A stretch of DNA of 64,000 nucleotides. Source: Marsupella aquatica (Eukaryota; Plantae; Marchantiophyta). Each line of letters begins with the position of its first letter. The first letter of the stretch is position 1. Below are positions 47,022 through 60,223 of this stretch, one piece after another. The notes under the pieces were generated by a model. The model had not been told where the DNA came from. It saw nothing but the letters and a program-made list of their open reading frames with translations, and searched no databases. The stretch covers positions 6,534,963 to 6,598,962 of the forward strand of contig OZ316893.1 of assembly GCA_973895155.1 (NCBI GenBank). The letters are read 5' to 3'. The translations under genes were made by a program, and so were the position numbers.

Positions 47022-48371
47022 TGTGATGCCTAGCCAGGAATCATTAGGCCAGTTTAAATAGAAAAATCAGGAGTGGACCCTAGGAAACACCTTAGTATAG
47101 TAACAAAGATAGGGAAATATAAACAATTAAGGGTGACTATGGAACCCAAGCCGAGGCCAAAAGTAAGGACGCCAGGGGAGGGAACACAATTAGGGTTAGG
47201 GTGCACTAAGTATCGGCGGCTATGGGTAACCAACGGAAGGAAGACCAGCCAAAAGGGGGGGTAAGGACCGAGCGCAAGGACTGGCGGCTCATTTGCAAAC
47301 ACAAGCCAAGCGGACGACTACGAGAGGCCAACTGCTGTCCGCTGCTCAGGCAAGCACTCAGGGTGGAAGCAGATACCGACGATCAACTCAAGAAGGGTAT
47401 GAGCAACGTCAATCAAGCTACTCATTTTTGGGGATGCCTGTTAGAACGGGCAACTGAGTACATTGGGACCTACGAGGACGAAGAATTGGAGAGAGCGGCT
47501 CGAGAACAGCAGGAGCTCGCTCAACTATGGGACCTGTAGACGTCTGCTTTCTTAGGAGGAAAACTCATTATGGCTGAATTCTTGTGGACGCCTACTGCCG
47601 ACAAACTCGACGATCTTCTATTTTGTGAGAACAAGATAGTCGGCATCCGGGAGGCCATCAACCGCTGCAACGACATACACTGGGAGTTGAAGGGTAGCAC
47701 GGAGGGGTGGACGAAGGCAACCGTGCTAGGAGAAACACCCACGGCAGCCGCTATGAAGAGGAAAGGGAACAACAACGAAGAAGCCACCCCTGCAAAAAGA
47801 ATGAGGTCGGCGGCACCCAGGAAACCAGCAAAGCAGGGAAGCAAGAGGCAGGCGGAAGCCGAAGAGGATGAGGTTGACCTCGTCAATGCCGTTCCAACAA
47901 GAGATGACACCTGGAAAGGCTGGGCGGCGACCCTCCCCGAGGAGGTGCAATTACATTTTGCACGGGAAGAGGATGCATGCTTTACGGCTATGCAGACTCA
48001 AAAATACCAGGGCTTCATGGCCGGATCCGGCTTGGAAGCATTTGTAAAGTTACCATGGCTGAAGCCGGAGGTGCCAAATTCAGACTTACTGGAATTCGTG
48101 GGATCATGGGAGCCCGAGACCAATTCCACAAGGGTGTATGGGAAGGATTTCTATCCCACTCCCCGGGAGATTGCCGAAGTGTTTGGCTTGCTGATGGGCA
48201 ATAAGACCAAAGTAGATACCAGAAAGACCTTGCCAGACAAGGAGTTCCGGTCGTTTCCAGGGCCATCAACAAGGAATGGCTTCTTCCGAAACACCTGCAC
48301 AAACCCGCACATAGGAGAAATGATCGATTTCTTGTGGGTGACCATGCATTGTAACTTGCCGAGGGTAGAGA

Positions 48372-48667
48372 CTCGGGGGTTTCACTTCCACAAAAATGGC
48401 ATATCACGTGCGACGAAAGATAGGGTCATTTTATTGGTTCTAAGGGAAGACTTAAGAATTTTTGTAGAAGAACAATAGGGTCTTTTAAATTCAATTTTGA
48501 GACTTATAAGAACATTAGGGTCTTTTTAATCCAATTTTTAGAATATTCCAAGAATATTCCAACTTTATAGGGGTTAAAAAATAAATTTTTTTCTTACATT
48601 TTAGGGGGTCCGAGGCCTAAAAACGTCGCAGGCGATGGGGAGGTCCCCATATAGTGAGACCCCCGAG
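48372..48667. mobile_element. 296-bp MITE (hAT-like 8-bp TSD)
   Basis: TIRs CTCGGGGGTTTCACT / AGTGAGACCCCCGAG (14/15), TSD GGTAGAGA at 48364-48371 and 48668-48675, AT-rich interior. Confidence 0.88.
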
Positions 48668-49445
48668 GGTAGAGATCGGCAAGGCATAGGTCTATCTGGC
48701 GGAGAGGCCAGACCCAAGCCGAGACTACAACGGGTACCTCCTCACCCAACTAAAGAAGATCTTGAAGGAGGAACAGCTGGTGATTGGCATGGGAAGCGTG
48801 TCCTGGCTTGGTTATCACATGCTGCTATTGTGCCGGTATGCCCAAAGTCAGATATTCGCCCCGGTACTGCCCCTGCAGGCAAGAGCACCAGAGGAGGTTC
48901 CGGAACCAAGGCCGGCAACAGAGAAACCGACCCAGCCCGACAATTGAGCAGGTGTTTAGGCCGAGGAAGGAGGACTTGCCGATGCAGCAACCAAGCAATC
49001 ATGCGGAATCTGCTGAAATTGTTGGAGAAGGAAATGAGAATGGCAACGGCTACGGGACCAGTACAGAATACTGCTCCCGAAGTCGGCCTTAGCCAACTTA
49101 CCAAGGAAAACCCCTTTACCGGGGCCAAGGAGAGAAGGAGGCCGGAACACGAGCCGGGAGTCCGAATGTATGTAGGAGCTTCAAGTCCCGAAGTTGAGGA
49201 AAAGCAGCCCGAAGCCCCTGGTCACGACAGGGAGAAGATGAGATCAACGTGGAAGCCGGAGGAACCAGGACCCGTGATCTGTGGGGTTGTGTTCACGGCA
49301 GGACCAGGACAGCAAAGGGGGGAGCCGGTAGTCCAAGCCGAGGAGGAGGCGGTAGAAGGCTACGACAATGATGACTCCGGCTACGGGTCAGACCATCATG
49401 TTCTAGGAATAAAGACCTGTGGCAGGTTCACCCCCACTCTTCCAA

Positions 49446-51235
49446 AACACAATTTTGGACCGACCGAGAAGTGTGTCGGAGTTCTCGTTTAGCCCGATCC
49501 TGTTTTTTTCTAAGGCAATGCAATGACCGATAAAACTGGCAAAAACTCTCCGAAACGCCACTTTCCTCCATTGCATCGCCGCGGGAATGCAGGGAGCGAT
49601 ACGTGCATCGGGTTTTACATTCTGTCAGTGAAAAAGTCCGAACTATGAGTAACTTGGTCCGAACCGCGTAATCCAGGAATGACCACGCACTAACCCAGGT
49701 AAAGGGGAAACTTAACCATGTTTAAGGGGAAATTAACCATGGTTTAGAGCGTCTCCTATATAAAGAGGAGCGGGCTGCCCATAAAACGTTTGCTTTCGCT
49801 AGAGCAAATATCTTCTGACTGAGAGTGAATACCAAACTCCCATCGAGTCTTACATTCCTCCCAAGCGATTCGACTCTTTCTACCGAAAACCCGATAAATT
49901 TATCGGAACAGCCATTTCTGTTCAAGTTCTCCATGTAAGACTAACTAGTCATTTAGTGTAAAATGTCCAGATCCGAGCGGACTGCGATAAATTTATCGCA
50001 TTCTGCATTCCTTTGTTGCAATCATTTGATCCAGTGTTTAGAGAGGTGTTGCCTTCATTCCGATAAATTTATCGGAGTCTTCATTCCTTTCATGGAAAGA
50101 GGAGTAATTGAGAATCCGATAAATTTATCGGAGTTGTCATTTTTGTGAAAGATTGAATTCAAGGCTTAGGTGTTTGAGGAAGTCATATTTTCAATTCGAA
50201 TGCGGAGTGCGATAAACTTATCGCATCCTCCTGTGCAAAAAACTTATCGACGGTGGCCCTTTTATAGTGTCTGTTGAGGGGTTGGCCCACGTGTCCACTT
50301 TTGATTGGCTGTCACCCTAAACGACAAAATAGCAGAAATGGGTATATTTCTTGGATTTCCAATTTCATTCTCACACGTGCATCGTGGCAAAATTATATAG
50401 TTTTGAAATTGAAGCGATAAATTTATCTGATGTTGGTATTGCAAAAGTGGTTCCTTCATATGGAAGTTGCAATTTGAAATTGAAGCGATAAATTTATCTG
50501 ATGTTGGTATTGCAAAAGTGGTTCCTTCATATGGAAGTTGCAATTTTGAAATTGAAGCGATAAATTTATCTGATGTTGGTATTGCGAAGAGTTTTCTTCA
50601 TATGGATAGGAATTTTGAAATTTAACCGATGAACCGAAGGATCTTAGTATTATCGACTAGTATTTTTGTCGCCCGTAGTTTTCGCGATAATTTTATCGGA
50701 CTGCGCATTGCTGTTGAAAGAATGGCATGTTGACTATGGTCACTTGCGGAGGTAACTGGTCAATTGCGGAGGTAACTGCAAGGTAAGTTTGACGAACCGT
50801 GCAGTAATTCTTATCGACTGTGATGTAAAATATTTTTGGTAAATATCCAAAAACTGAGAAAACTGAGATTGGTTCGGAACTTTCATGGCTCAAATCCGGA
50901 GTCTGATACAGTTATCGCACTTGGCTCGAAACATGGATATGGATTTATAGATAAGACCTTTCATATATCTTCGGAGAGCGTGAATATGAGGTTGAGGAGA
51001 AAGTTTTTCGGATCTAATTGTTCCTTGATAATATAAATGTTTGTTAGCATGAATTTCATTGGTTTTGATCATTATTAAATTTGCTGTTTCAATCCGAACT
51101 CCGATACGAATTACATTATTTCCCCAAAAACGTGTTTTTGATGAAAAAAACTGCCGATTTCGCGAGATTCAGCAGAAAATGAAAATACACTTCTCGTTTA
51201 GAGGAAATAGTTCTCGTTCGGTCCAAAATCGTGTT
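49446..51235. mobile_element. 1.79-kb non-autonomous TIR element with a 4-bp TSD
   Basis: TIRs AACACAATTTTGGACCGACCGAGAA / TTCTCGTTCGGTCCAAAATCGTGTT (23/25) and TSD CCAA. Removal restores LP-RVVRGD in frame. Confidence 0.85.
50402..50620. repeat. ~71-bp tandem repeat x3 containing GCGATAAATTTATC
   Basis: TTTGAAATTGAAGCGATAAATTTATCTGATGTTGGTATTGC... repeated. Confidence 0.85.
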
Positions 51236-54200
51236 CCAAGAGTAGTTCGAGGGGACCCGACCCAGCAGAGCAGCCTCGAGTCTCCACCACCAGATGTCGC
51301 TCCCCCAAGCTTTGACGGCATAAAACAGACGGCACAGGAGTTTCAGGAACGACTCAGGGAGGAAGAAGAGGCAGCCCTGGCTAGGGAGAAGGATTTACTA
51401 GGAGGAGAATGGCTAGAGCACATCAGGCGGCTTGCAGAAAAATAAAGCAGCCCGCCAGCCACGATGGAAGAAATTTGCAAGGCTGCCTGGGAACAAAGGC
51501 CGCGGTGGATGATGCCAATGACTTCTGCTCACTCCACCTATGCTAAAGAACGAGCCATGGAGTATGGGGAGATGTGTGGGGAACTTGCGCTTGGCATCTT
51601 TGGGGAGGAGTTGGAGCAGGGACCTTTTTCCAGAGGGAAATGTTGGAGAAGCACCGATTAGAAGAAGCGGTAGCTTTGGAGAGAAGCAAGAAGGACGAGG
51701 TCATCCGTTGGCTTAGGGTAAGGGAAGCCAAGGTAGAAGACCTGAAGGCATCCAAGAAAGCCCAAGATGAGCTGCGGATTAAGCGGCATGAGCTCAACAT
51801 CATGCAAGGGCAATTGGATACCGCGCAGTTTGATAATCAGATTATCAAGGATAAACTGACTCGGACCCAAGGTGAGCTGGCCGATTCGATCAAGGAGAAG
51901 GAGAAGTGGAAGCGAGAGCTGAGAGATGCAGAGGAGGCGCATATAGCAGCCAACAATCGGGCCATGGCAGAAACTCAGAGAAGGGAAAGGGTGTTGAAGG
52001 GGGAACTCGAGGATATCCGCGGAGCCCTTGAGCAGAAGGAGGCCGAGTTAGGGAAATCCTATCAGGCGATTATCGTGCTGCGGCAGGAGCTCGCATCCAT
52101 GACGGCCAGCTTCAAGGCCGACCTCAACGAGAAAGACGACCAGCTCGACCAGACTTATGCCAAGATGAATAAAATGGAGTCTGAGGTCGTTACGGAGCTC
52201 GACAAGGAGCAGAGAGCAACCAAGGAGGAGAGGGCTACCTTAAAGAAGGAATTGGAGGAAGCCCAGAAGGAGCGGGAGGAGGCGCACAAGGACCTGGATG
52301 AATTGTAGGAGGAGTTGGAGGAAAGCACGCGGAAGATGGAGAACTTACAGCGGCGAGCCGACAACCAAATGGAGCGACTGAAGAAACAGGCTGCAGTATT
52401 TAAGTGCTTGGCTTCCTCAGGTCCAACTCCAATTGGGGCAACCAAGTTACCAGGAGTAGTACTGGCCGAAGGACAAGCCGAGACACTCGCACCGGTGTCG
52501 GAGGTAAGTGGCAAGGGGAAGGGGCCAGCTGCCAAACCAAAGAAGAAGAAGAAGAAGCGGAAACCTTTTGGGTCAGGGAGTAATACGGCTCCTCAAGCCG
52601 TCGTGACCAAGGAGGTAAACCCAGTACCAACCTCAGGCAGGGTCATGGCAGAGGATCCAACTGCCCTAGAAGGCGGGGATGATGAAGCCGGGGCCAAGAT
52701 ACTCGGTGATGAAGCCGGGGTACCGGATCCATCACTAGAACATGTCGGGGAGGCCGTGGCCGATGCTGAGGCCGAAGCCGAGGGTGGACCCAGTCAGGCC
52801 GATGGAGAGTTGACTCAGTCAGGAGCAGGTAATCTGTCAGAGGACGGACCTACGGTAGTGGTTGCGGAGGAAGTGTTGGGGGCGTCCATTGAGGACCAGA
52901 CACCGCTGCCATGACGGTGGTGGAGGGCCGCTCCTTTTAAGGAGGGTGGACGTGGAGGGAGGAGGCGTGAGTGGGCAGGGCGGGCTCAAATCTCCAAGTT
53001 TAGAATTAGGATCAGGACCAAGGGGCGGCCCTGACACTTAGCTTAGTGGGATTGCGGATCCACTGGTAAGAGCAACACTTGTGCTCCTGCCTCGTTGTAC
53101 ATAGGTAGATTATAGTTAGGTAGATTAGGCTTACGCTGCAAGGAATTAGGCGGATCCACTACCAGGATAAGTACCTGGGCAGCGGGGAGTTCAGGGCCTT
53201 CTTCCTTAGCAAGTTTTTAGTGCACCAGCAGGGCTGGGATCAAGTAGTTAAAGAAGCTCTCGGTTAGTTATACTGTGACCCTTGTGTATATTCATGTTTC
53301 CTCATACCTAAGAGATGAATAGAGTTGGCCTCACGGCTTAGTTCGCAAATCTTGTATATGAGAAGTACTATTTGTATGGCAAGTGCATGGTATAACTCAG
53401 TCAGAAGGAGTCATTTTGCTATTTGTGTGTCGCATTAACTTGTTTGAAGATTTCCCACATCAACCAAGAAGAGAGTAAGCAAGGTAGTAAGAGTTGGATG
53501 TGTCAAGCTGAGAGAGGTCTTAGCGGCTTACCCAAGCTAGTTGGGGATCATTCCGGCGGCGGAATCCAAACATACCTAAAGGAAAACCGAGAGAGGAGGA
53601 CAAGGGAAGGCCTAGAATAGGCCGGCTACGTATCTCATGACCCGATGAAGGATCTGTCCAGTATATGTGAGTAAAATGTTAATAGTAATAGTAGTAGAAG
53701 GAGGTTAGCAGCGTCCCATGCCACTAAGCCGCGAAATCGGCCTCGCCAAGAGCGAAACCTGCGGGAATCGGCTTGTGCAGAGGGGTTTCTTGGGTTTAAT
53801 GAGCCATGGGTGTCACGTCGTAGGCTTCGGCCTTAACTCAGACTTCAGCTTAGACGGGCACATCCCTCGTAAATCTGAGGGTTCGGGCAGGAAGGGAAGC
53901 ACGTAATGCACCTTATTCTCGTAAACTAGCACTAAGTGCGCATACTGCTAAATACGGACACCTCCTAGGTATGGTTTGTGTTCCGCCGCCGGAATGTACC
54001 TTAGTCGATAGCAGGATCGACCCCGGCTTAAGGGCTTCTAAGCCTTCGTGCTGTCCACCTTCGATCCGGATTCGATGATACAGGTCCTCAACCCGTGCTC
54101 GCAACCACTTACCCGCAGGCTGCACCCTGTGCACGTCTCGGGTAGTGCGTTCGGCCCGGCGCTGCCACCCATATACGAGAAACCCACACACATATGCGCA

Positions 54201-54707
54201 CACATGCATACAATCTTGATTTACACGAAGGAAAAATGATGGGAAAGGATTTTACTACAAAGGGAACATATGCGTACACTTAGTTGACACGACAGCCCTG
54301 GAATGCACAGGTTCAAGGCCAAGGGTGCACACTACAACGGAGCCCAGCTCCGCACTTGCCCGGCGAGCTTAGTCCTACCCCCTCCCCTTGGTACTCTGTC
54401 ATTCCCAGAGGTCGGGACTCCCCGTATGTCCCGCGGATGTCCGACTCTGAAACTAAAAACCCCCCCTTGCCTCTACCGAGGGGTGCACTAAATACTAAGA
54501 GCCGAGGAACGGGGCATCCTCCCGCCGAAGATCCGCTGACCAAGGTCCTAACTAAGCTGACAGTCAGGCCGGAAAACGGCTGTCTTATTAGAAGATCCTA
54601 ATCTACGCAGGCTGGACAGCAGGGCAGCGCTGCTGTACCTAAGGCAGGTGCCTGTCCCAAGAGCCTGACTAAGCCAATCCTAATCCTAATCTATTCCTAC
54701 TCCGTCG

Positions 54708-57349
54708 CTAATGCCTGGCACGCTTGCCAGAGCCGCCCGAATGGGAACGGCCATCCCGCTGCCTTCGAAGCCTGTCATTGTCCGCTTTGAGGAGCTGGAC
54801 CTGGTCCAGCAGAGATTCGTTCTCTCGCCTCGCCGCGTCCGTCTCCTCTGCTGCCTCTTGACATGCCTCCTCCAGCTGCTGGGCGTCGCTCGTCAGTTTA
54901 CTCGCCAGCTGGTCCTGCTTCTCGGCCTCGGTTTGGAGCCGCGCCATCTCGGCCTGCAGCGTGGCTATCTCCGTCGCGTCCCGCTGGGCTCGCTCCTCGG
55001 CCTCCTCCAGGTCTTTCTGCCAGGTGACAGCTTGTTTCTTCAAACTGTCAATCTGGTTCCGGAGTCGTGTAATCTCGGCCTCGTTCCCAGCTTTGGCCTG
55101 TTCGGCTAGGGCGGTAAGAGCGTACGCCTTTGCTAACAACTCATCGGTGGCTGCAACCTTGGGTCGTAGTTGCAGAAGCTCAACCTCTTGAGCCGCCACT
55201 TCGTTCTTTAGGTACACGGACTCCACCCGATACCGCTCTATCCTCTGAAGGGCCTCCGACTGGGCCCGACCTGCCTTTACGGCGGCAACCAACTCCTGAT
55301 TGAAGAAACAGGCTACCTTCCGGGCCATGAACTCCCCGGTATCCCGGGCAATTTGATGAGAGAAATCTCCCAGAAGCCCGTTCAGAAACGTACCCTGTAC
55401 GAAGAGTTCCGGGTGGTCCAAGTTGTGCCTGTCCGGATTTGGGCACGGGCAGACATCAACACGCGCAGGGGCCGGGGCAGTGACGTCCAACCCTGGGGAC
55501 ATAACGTTGGAAGGGGCTGGAGTGTCCTCCTGCAGCGATGTCCGGTTCTCCGGAATTGCCACCGGCGGGTCCTTGGGAGACCCGGGTTCGGGTAAGACCT
55601 CTGTCGTACCAACTTCTGTACTTAGCCCGGCTAGTTGGGTCGCATCAACGGTTGCGACGACCGACCCCTCCGGCGCCTCCTCGGTTATGATTACAGCTAT
55701 TTGTGGAGGTGGGGTGGGTGAAGCTGGCGTGTCCATTGGACTTCGGGCCTCGGGTTGGGGCCGTCTCTCCAATGCCGGAAAAACCCACCTAGCTGGGACC
55801 AGCTTTGTAACGTTGATGCGGGGAAGGGTTCGTCGATCAAACCGGGCGTACCACTCAAGAATGATTTCGATGTGGCTAGCGAAATACGCTTTCCCGCCAA
55901 TGTACAGCGTCTTCCTTCGCCGCTCCATCTCTTCATGGAATTTCTTAGCGAAGTACGACGCCCATTTCCTAGGTCGATAGTTCTCGACCTGGATGACCTG
56001 GGCGGCGGAGATCTCCCCCCGGGGTTCCATCATGTGGAGAGCGTACCTCTGGAACTCCAGCCGCTCAGCTATCTCGGGCATGAGGCAGGTCCTCATCACG
56101 AACCCGTTGTCCACTGATCCCTCTGAGGGAAAACTTGAAGATTGGTACTTGGCCCCCTTGCCCCCGGGAGCCCGTGATTCGACTCGATGGTCACCTTCGG
56201 GTAACCCGAAGATCATCTTGAGCCGTTCTTCTGTGAGGGACATATTCCTTCCCCGCAGCCGAGTCTGTTGACGTACGTCGTCATAATTCTTGACGAATTC
56301 TGTCATGTCCTCCCCGTAGTACCTGCAAGTGTTCCAGGGGAGAGAGGCGAGGTGCTCAAATCCCTGAGTCTTCAGGTACACCGCATGCTTGGGATGGAGG
56401 ATGTTGCTATGAACGTTTTCCCCCATGCGATGCATCGTTACCTTGGCTACGGCTACCGTGGCCAACGGTAACCCGGATGCACTGGCGGATTCCTTCCTCT
56501 TCTTTCCCCGTGACTGACTCGGGGAAGGTGATACTTCCCCATCCTCCCGATCGGGCCTGGGGAGTGCCACTGCGGTTGGTAACGGGCCCGGGGCGGCCAC
56601 GGTCACCATGTTGTCTGCTGGGGCCGCTCCTGGGGTCAGAGCAGGGGGTGGGGACGATATAGTGTCGGCCCCCCGAGCGCTTGTTCCTCTGGGCCGCCTG
56701 GTCAAGGGTGGGGTAGCCTCGTCGTCATCGCTAAGATCCACAGCGTTGATGACGGAGCGTACCTGTGCTGGCTGGGTGATAGGTGGTGGGGTTTGGCTAG
56801 GCCGCGGCTGAGGCTGAAGCTGAAGCTGAGGTTGCATGGGCACGGGTAGGGTACGGGTACGGGTCCGGCTGAGTTGGTCATGTTGGTTGATGGCCGAGTT
56901 CCCATGAAGCTCTGTAGGTGCTGGTAGAAGTTCTCCGAAGCGAGTGCGGACGCCCTTGTCGAACGGTTGGTACTGGACTCGCCGTTAATGACAGCCCGAA
57001 CCTGGGCAGGGATGTGGTCGAAGTGATGTCGCTGCAGGTCGATTGTACCCGGGATATTGAAGACCTCGTCCGGAAGCCGAAGCAATGCTTCCCAGAACCC
57101 GATATATTTGTCTCCGTTGAAGAAGTACCCAGATACCTCAACTGGTCGGTAAAGCTCGCTCTGAGACGGGTAGTCAAAGTTAAGGACGTAGTGGTGTCGT
57201 CCTGCTAGGCAGATGGCTCTCTCGTATTCGCGTTTGATCTTGTATCGGCGCGGGTTGGCGTGTTTCAATGAATCGGCCAAGTGCCTTCCGGTAGATAGGA
57301 ACTGCGTCCAGAATCGAATGGCCGAGCTGGAGAGGATCGTGTGCGACAT
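54708..57349 (-). CDS. ~880-aa retroelement accessory protein (single 1-bp frameshift near 56850)
   Basis: ORFs 56702-57349 and 54708-56843 join if one G is restored in the CCCGTA repeat (PVPVPVPM). Pro-rich linkers, basic NLS-like motifs and a C-terminal coiled coil. Confidence 0.78.
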
Positions 57350-57447
57350 TCAGAGGAGATAGTAGTGGCGACCTAGAGAGAACGAGAGAGCTGGGGTCGA
57401 AGCTGGCGCGCGGACTGATGGACTGGTGCACTACAAAGGGTTGGCTC

Positions 57448-57458
57448 CCCTTTTATAC
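57448..57458 (-). promoter_or_regulatory. Putative TATA box of the solo LTR
   Basis: GTATAAAAGGG on the minus strand, ~100 bp upstream of the ATG at 57349. Confidence 0.5.
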
Positions 57459-60223
57459 TTTGAGGGCTTGTCGATCCCCGACGTCTCCTCGACGCCCATA
57501 GGTTGAACCGCTCACGCTTGTGGTGTACCGGCCACTCCGCCGGTCTGAGTCAGCGTGCGTCAGTGGCCGCTTCCTTAAGTTCGTTATACGGACCCGAGGG
57601 AGGGGCCCCTCCACGCTCGTAACCCGGGTGTGCAAATAGCGACCCGCCGCCAGCCCGAACCTGAAGTCCCCCTTATTGCCTAATGATGTCCTACCCCTAA
57701 TGATTACCTAAATACTGTCGTTATGCTAATAATAGCGGCCTAAGACCCACCTAATGCGCGTGCCGAGCGCAGTTAGACTGAATCACTCATTAACCGCCAT
57801 ACCGGCGGCGTCACAATGGGACGCACCACAGAAACCTTGCAGACAAGCAGCCAAGCCTTGAAGGAAGTAACAAAGGCTAAGGAGGTGATCATCCAGGAGC
57901 AAGGTAAACAACTTACGGAGGCACAGGTTCAGATTTCTCAGTTACACGGAGCCTTGTCTACCAAGGCTAAGGAAGCATTAGAGGTGGGGGCTTTGAGGGA
58001 AGAATTGGCCAAGCTCAAGCAGAGCACCGGTGAGGTGGAGAGACTGAAGCGACAAGTTGTGGAGTTACGGGGTCAGGTTGGGCTCCTTGAGACCAGGGCC
58101 AAGAGAAACGACATGTTGAGGTTGGGGAAGAGGAAAAGCCCATCCTCACCTAGCCCTACTCTCCCCCCTGACTGACTTGGTCTCTAAGGCTATAGAGATG
58201 GTGGTAACAGAGGTGACTCAGAAATACGGGCCCATGTTGGATTCAGCAAGGAAAAACAAGGAGAAGTGTAAGATATTGGAGAAGAAGTTACCGGAGTCCC
58301 GTAAATCATTACGGGAAACCCAAGGGAGTCACGGGGCCACCGTGTCTCCGTCATTACTAATGGAAGTCTCACCTAGTCAGGGGATAGCGGGAATGTCAGA
58401 TATGCCACCCAGGACCGCAAACCCAGGAACCCCTTTGGCTACCGGTGAGGTCTTACCCTTGGAATTGCGGGGAGGGGAGGAAGCCGCTCTATGGAAGGAC
58501 ACGATCAGCCAGGGCTATGTGAGGGCCTGGCAGGCTTTGGCAGCCTTGAGGAGGATTGGGGCTGTTACACTCACATCATTTTGAGGCGCTGGTAGTGAGG
58601 ATTCTAGGGGGTGGAGTCTCGGTTCCGTGAGTGAGTCGGGAGAAGACTAGAGAGGCATACGGACGTGGGTCGTACGGATTTTGAATTATGCAACACCTTG
58701 GATGAGGGAAATCACGGGCTTGTTGGAAGGAGCTCGAGGACCTGATTCCGGCAAGGTGTGGCATGCCCAAAACGGAGCTAGGATGAGGAAGACAGGGCCC
58801 CGCGAAGTTGTTGGTACGGGATACTGAAACGGCCATAATTGGGTCGTTCGGAGTCCGTTTGCGGAGCCGTTTACGGATTCGTGATCAGGAGGAGCAGAGC
58901 TATCCAGGGCTCCCCTCAGGGCAGTAGTTGGACATATTTGAGGTTTCGATCATGAGTGGCCCCCTCACTTCCCCAAGACTACGGATGATTACGGTTGGCA
59001 TCGTCGAAGGCACTGACGGCCCCGTAGTTAGTTTAGGGTTTTTAGGAGCATGTGTGTGCCGCATGTTTTAGGTTAGGGATTTCTTCGTGAAGGGTTTTAG
59101 CGGCACCACTAGGGTAGCCGCCATCCTTGTGACCCCGTGAGGGGTGCTTTGGTGTGTTGTTTTGAGTATTTAGGGGGAGAGCCCTGGAGTAGTGAGAGGG
59201 GGGAACTCAGTCTAGTGTTGGTGTTAGGGAAGTTAGCTCATAGCCAGAAGGGGAATTTGAGCCAGAGTAGTGAGGTAGAGGTGTAGGGCTTGCCCCAGTG
59301 AGACAGGAGTTGGGCAGACGACAGGAGGCTGGGTTGTCCTTGCAATGTCTTATCACTTTTTGCCAAAAGATATGGATTTGGTTTGATTCCTCAAGTTTTG
59401 GTGTGGCGTTATCTTTTCTGGTTCACGATTGTGTTCTTTCCCCAAGAAGTGTCTAAGGAATCCTTGCACGGTTTGGTCAACCATGTGAGTAGGAGGGGTG
59501 GTGACAGCACTCCACCAACGACCAGTAGGAGTGTGTGTGTGGCATAGTCCATAGGACTTGATCAAAAGCAGAGCGGCTAGTCGGTAGACTTGATCAAAAA
59601 TTACATTTCTGGGAGCGGAAATAAACATACTCATCCTATATGCAATAGAATCCTAATAGCGTCCCTCCACGTTCTTGTCATACGATAACAAATGATTTTA
59701 GTAGGAGTAAATACGTATTTATCGTGTAAATCATTTGATAAGCAGGTGACAGACTGACATGTTGTCGTGTTGTCTAAAATGACAACTTGTCATTTGTCAG
59801 CTCCAAAAGGGGTCAAATGTTGCATAATCGCCCATATTCCCCAGCCGGTCCCAAACTTCCTGATTCGAACCCCTCCCTGCCTGGTCCCAGACTCCCCTGG
59901 ACTCCCCCAGTTTAGTGAGCAGGCCCCGGGGTTTAGGGTCCAGGCCAAGCGGGGTAGGGTAAGGTTGGGGTTGGGGTCGGGGGGGCGGAGACAGATTGGG
60001 CCAGGGTTGGGACAGGCCGGGGATGACCAGGTGTGACACATGTTGGATGTTGGGGTCCAAACCCCTCATTTGTCGGACAAGTCCAAACCAGGTATGGGAG
60101 GGTATGATACTATTCATCCCTTCACCCATCATGGCCGGGTGGATCAGGTGGATCAGTAATTCCCCTTCCTACTTCAAACTCTATGTCTCCTAGTCCCTAT
60201 TTGGGTCCCTATCCCCTCATAAG

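Larger units (their letters stand above)
47399..52914 (+). pseudogene. Retroelement accessory protein with C-terminal coiled coil, interrupted by two inserts
   Basis: FCENKIVGIREAINR, GLEAFVKLPW, IAEVFGL and PRVEIGKA align with FNGDKYIGFWEALLR, GFEHLASLPW, LKMIFGL and PRGEISAAQ of 54708-57349. Frames rejoin across both inserts. Confidence 0.75.
47022..53335 (+). mobile_element. Putative 3' LTR of the Gypsy element (~4.2 kb after removing two inserts), ORF-bearing
   Basis: Starts TGTGATGCC after the PPT; candidate end GGCCTCACG (degenerate ...CA). Same size class and a homologous ORF as the solo LTR at 53811-57815. Confidence 0.55.
53811..57815 (-). mobile_element. 4,005-bp solo LTR encoding a protein
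   Basis: TGTCAC...GGCGTCACA ends with a perfect 5-bp TSD ATGGG (53806-53810, 57816-57820). The minus-strand start TGTGACGCC resembles TGTGATGCC at 47022. Confidence 0.8.
53501..59323 (+). mobile_element. Possible third LTR-like unit (~1.8 kb own length) with a coiled-coil ORF remnant (57816-58584), host of the solo LTR
   Basis: TGTC...GACA ends with near-TSD GGATG/GGAGG (4/5). Boundaries are uncertain. Confidence 0.35.

Noticed and set aside
54711-56811. Plus-strand ORFs opposite the 711-aa ORF
   Set aside because: Antisense shadows of a GC-rich coding sequence; the homology signal is on the minus strand.
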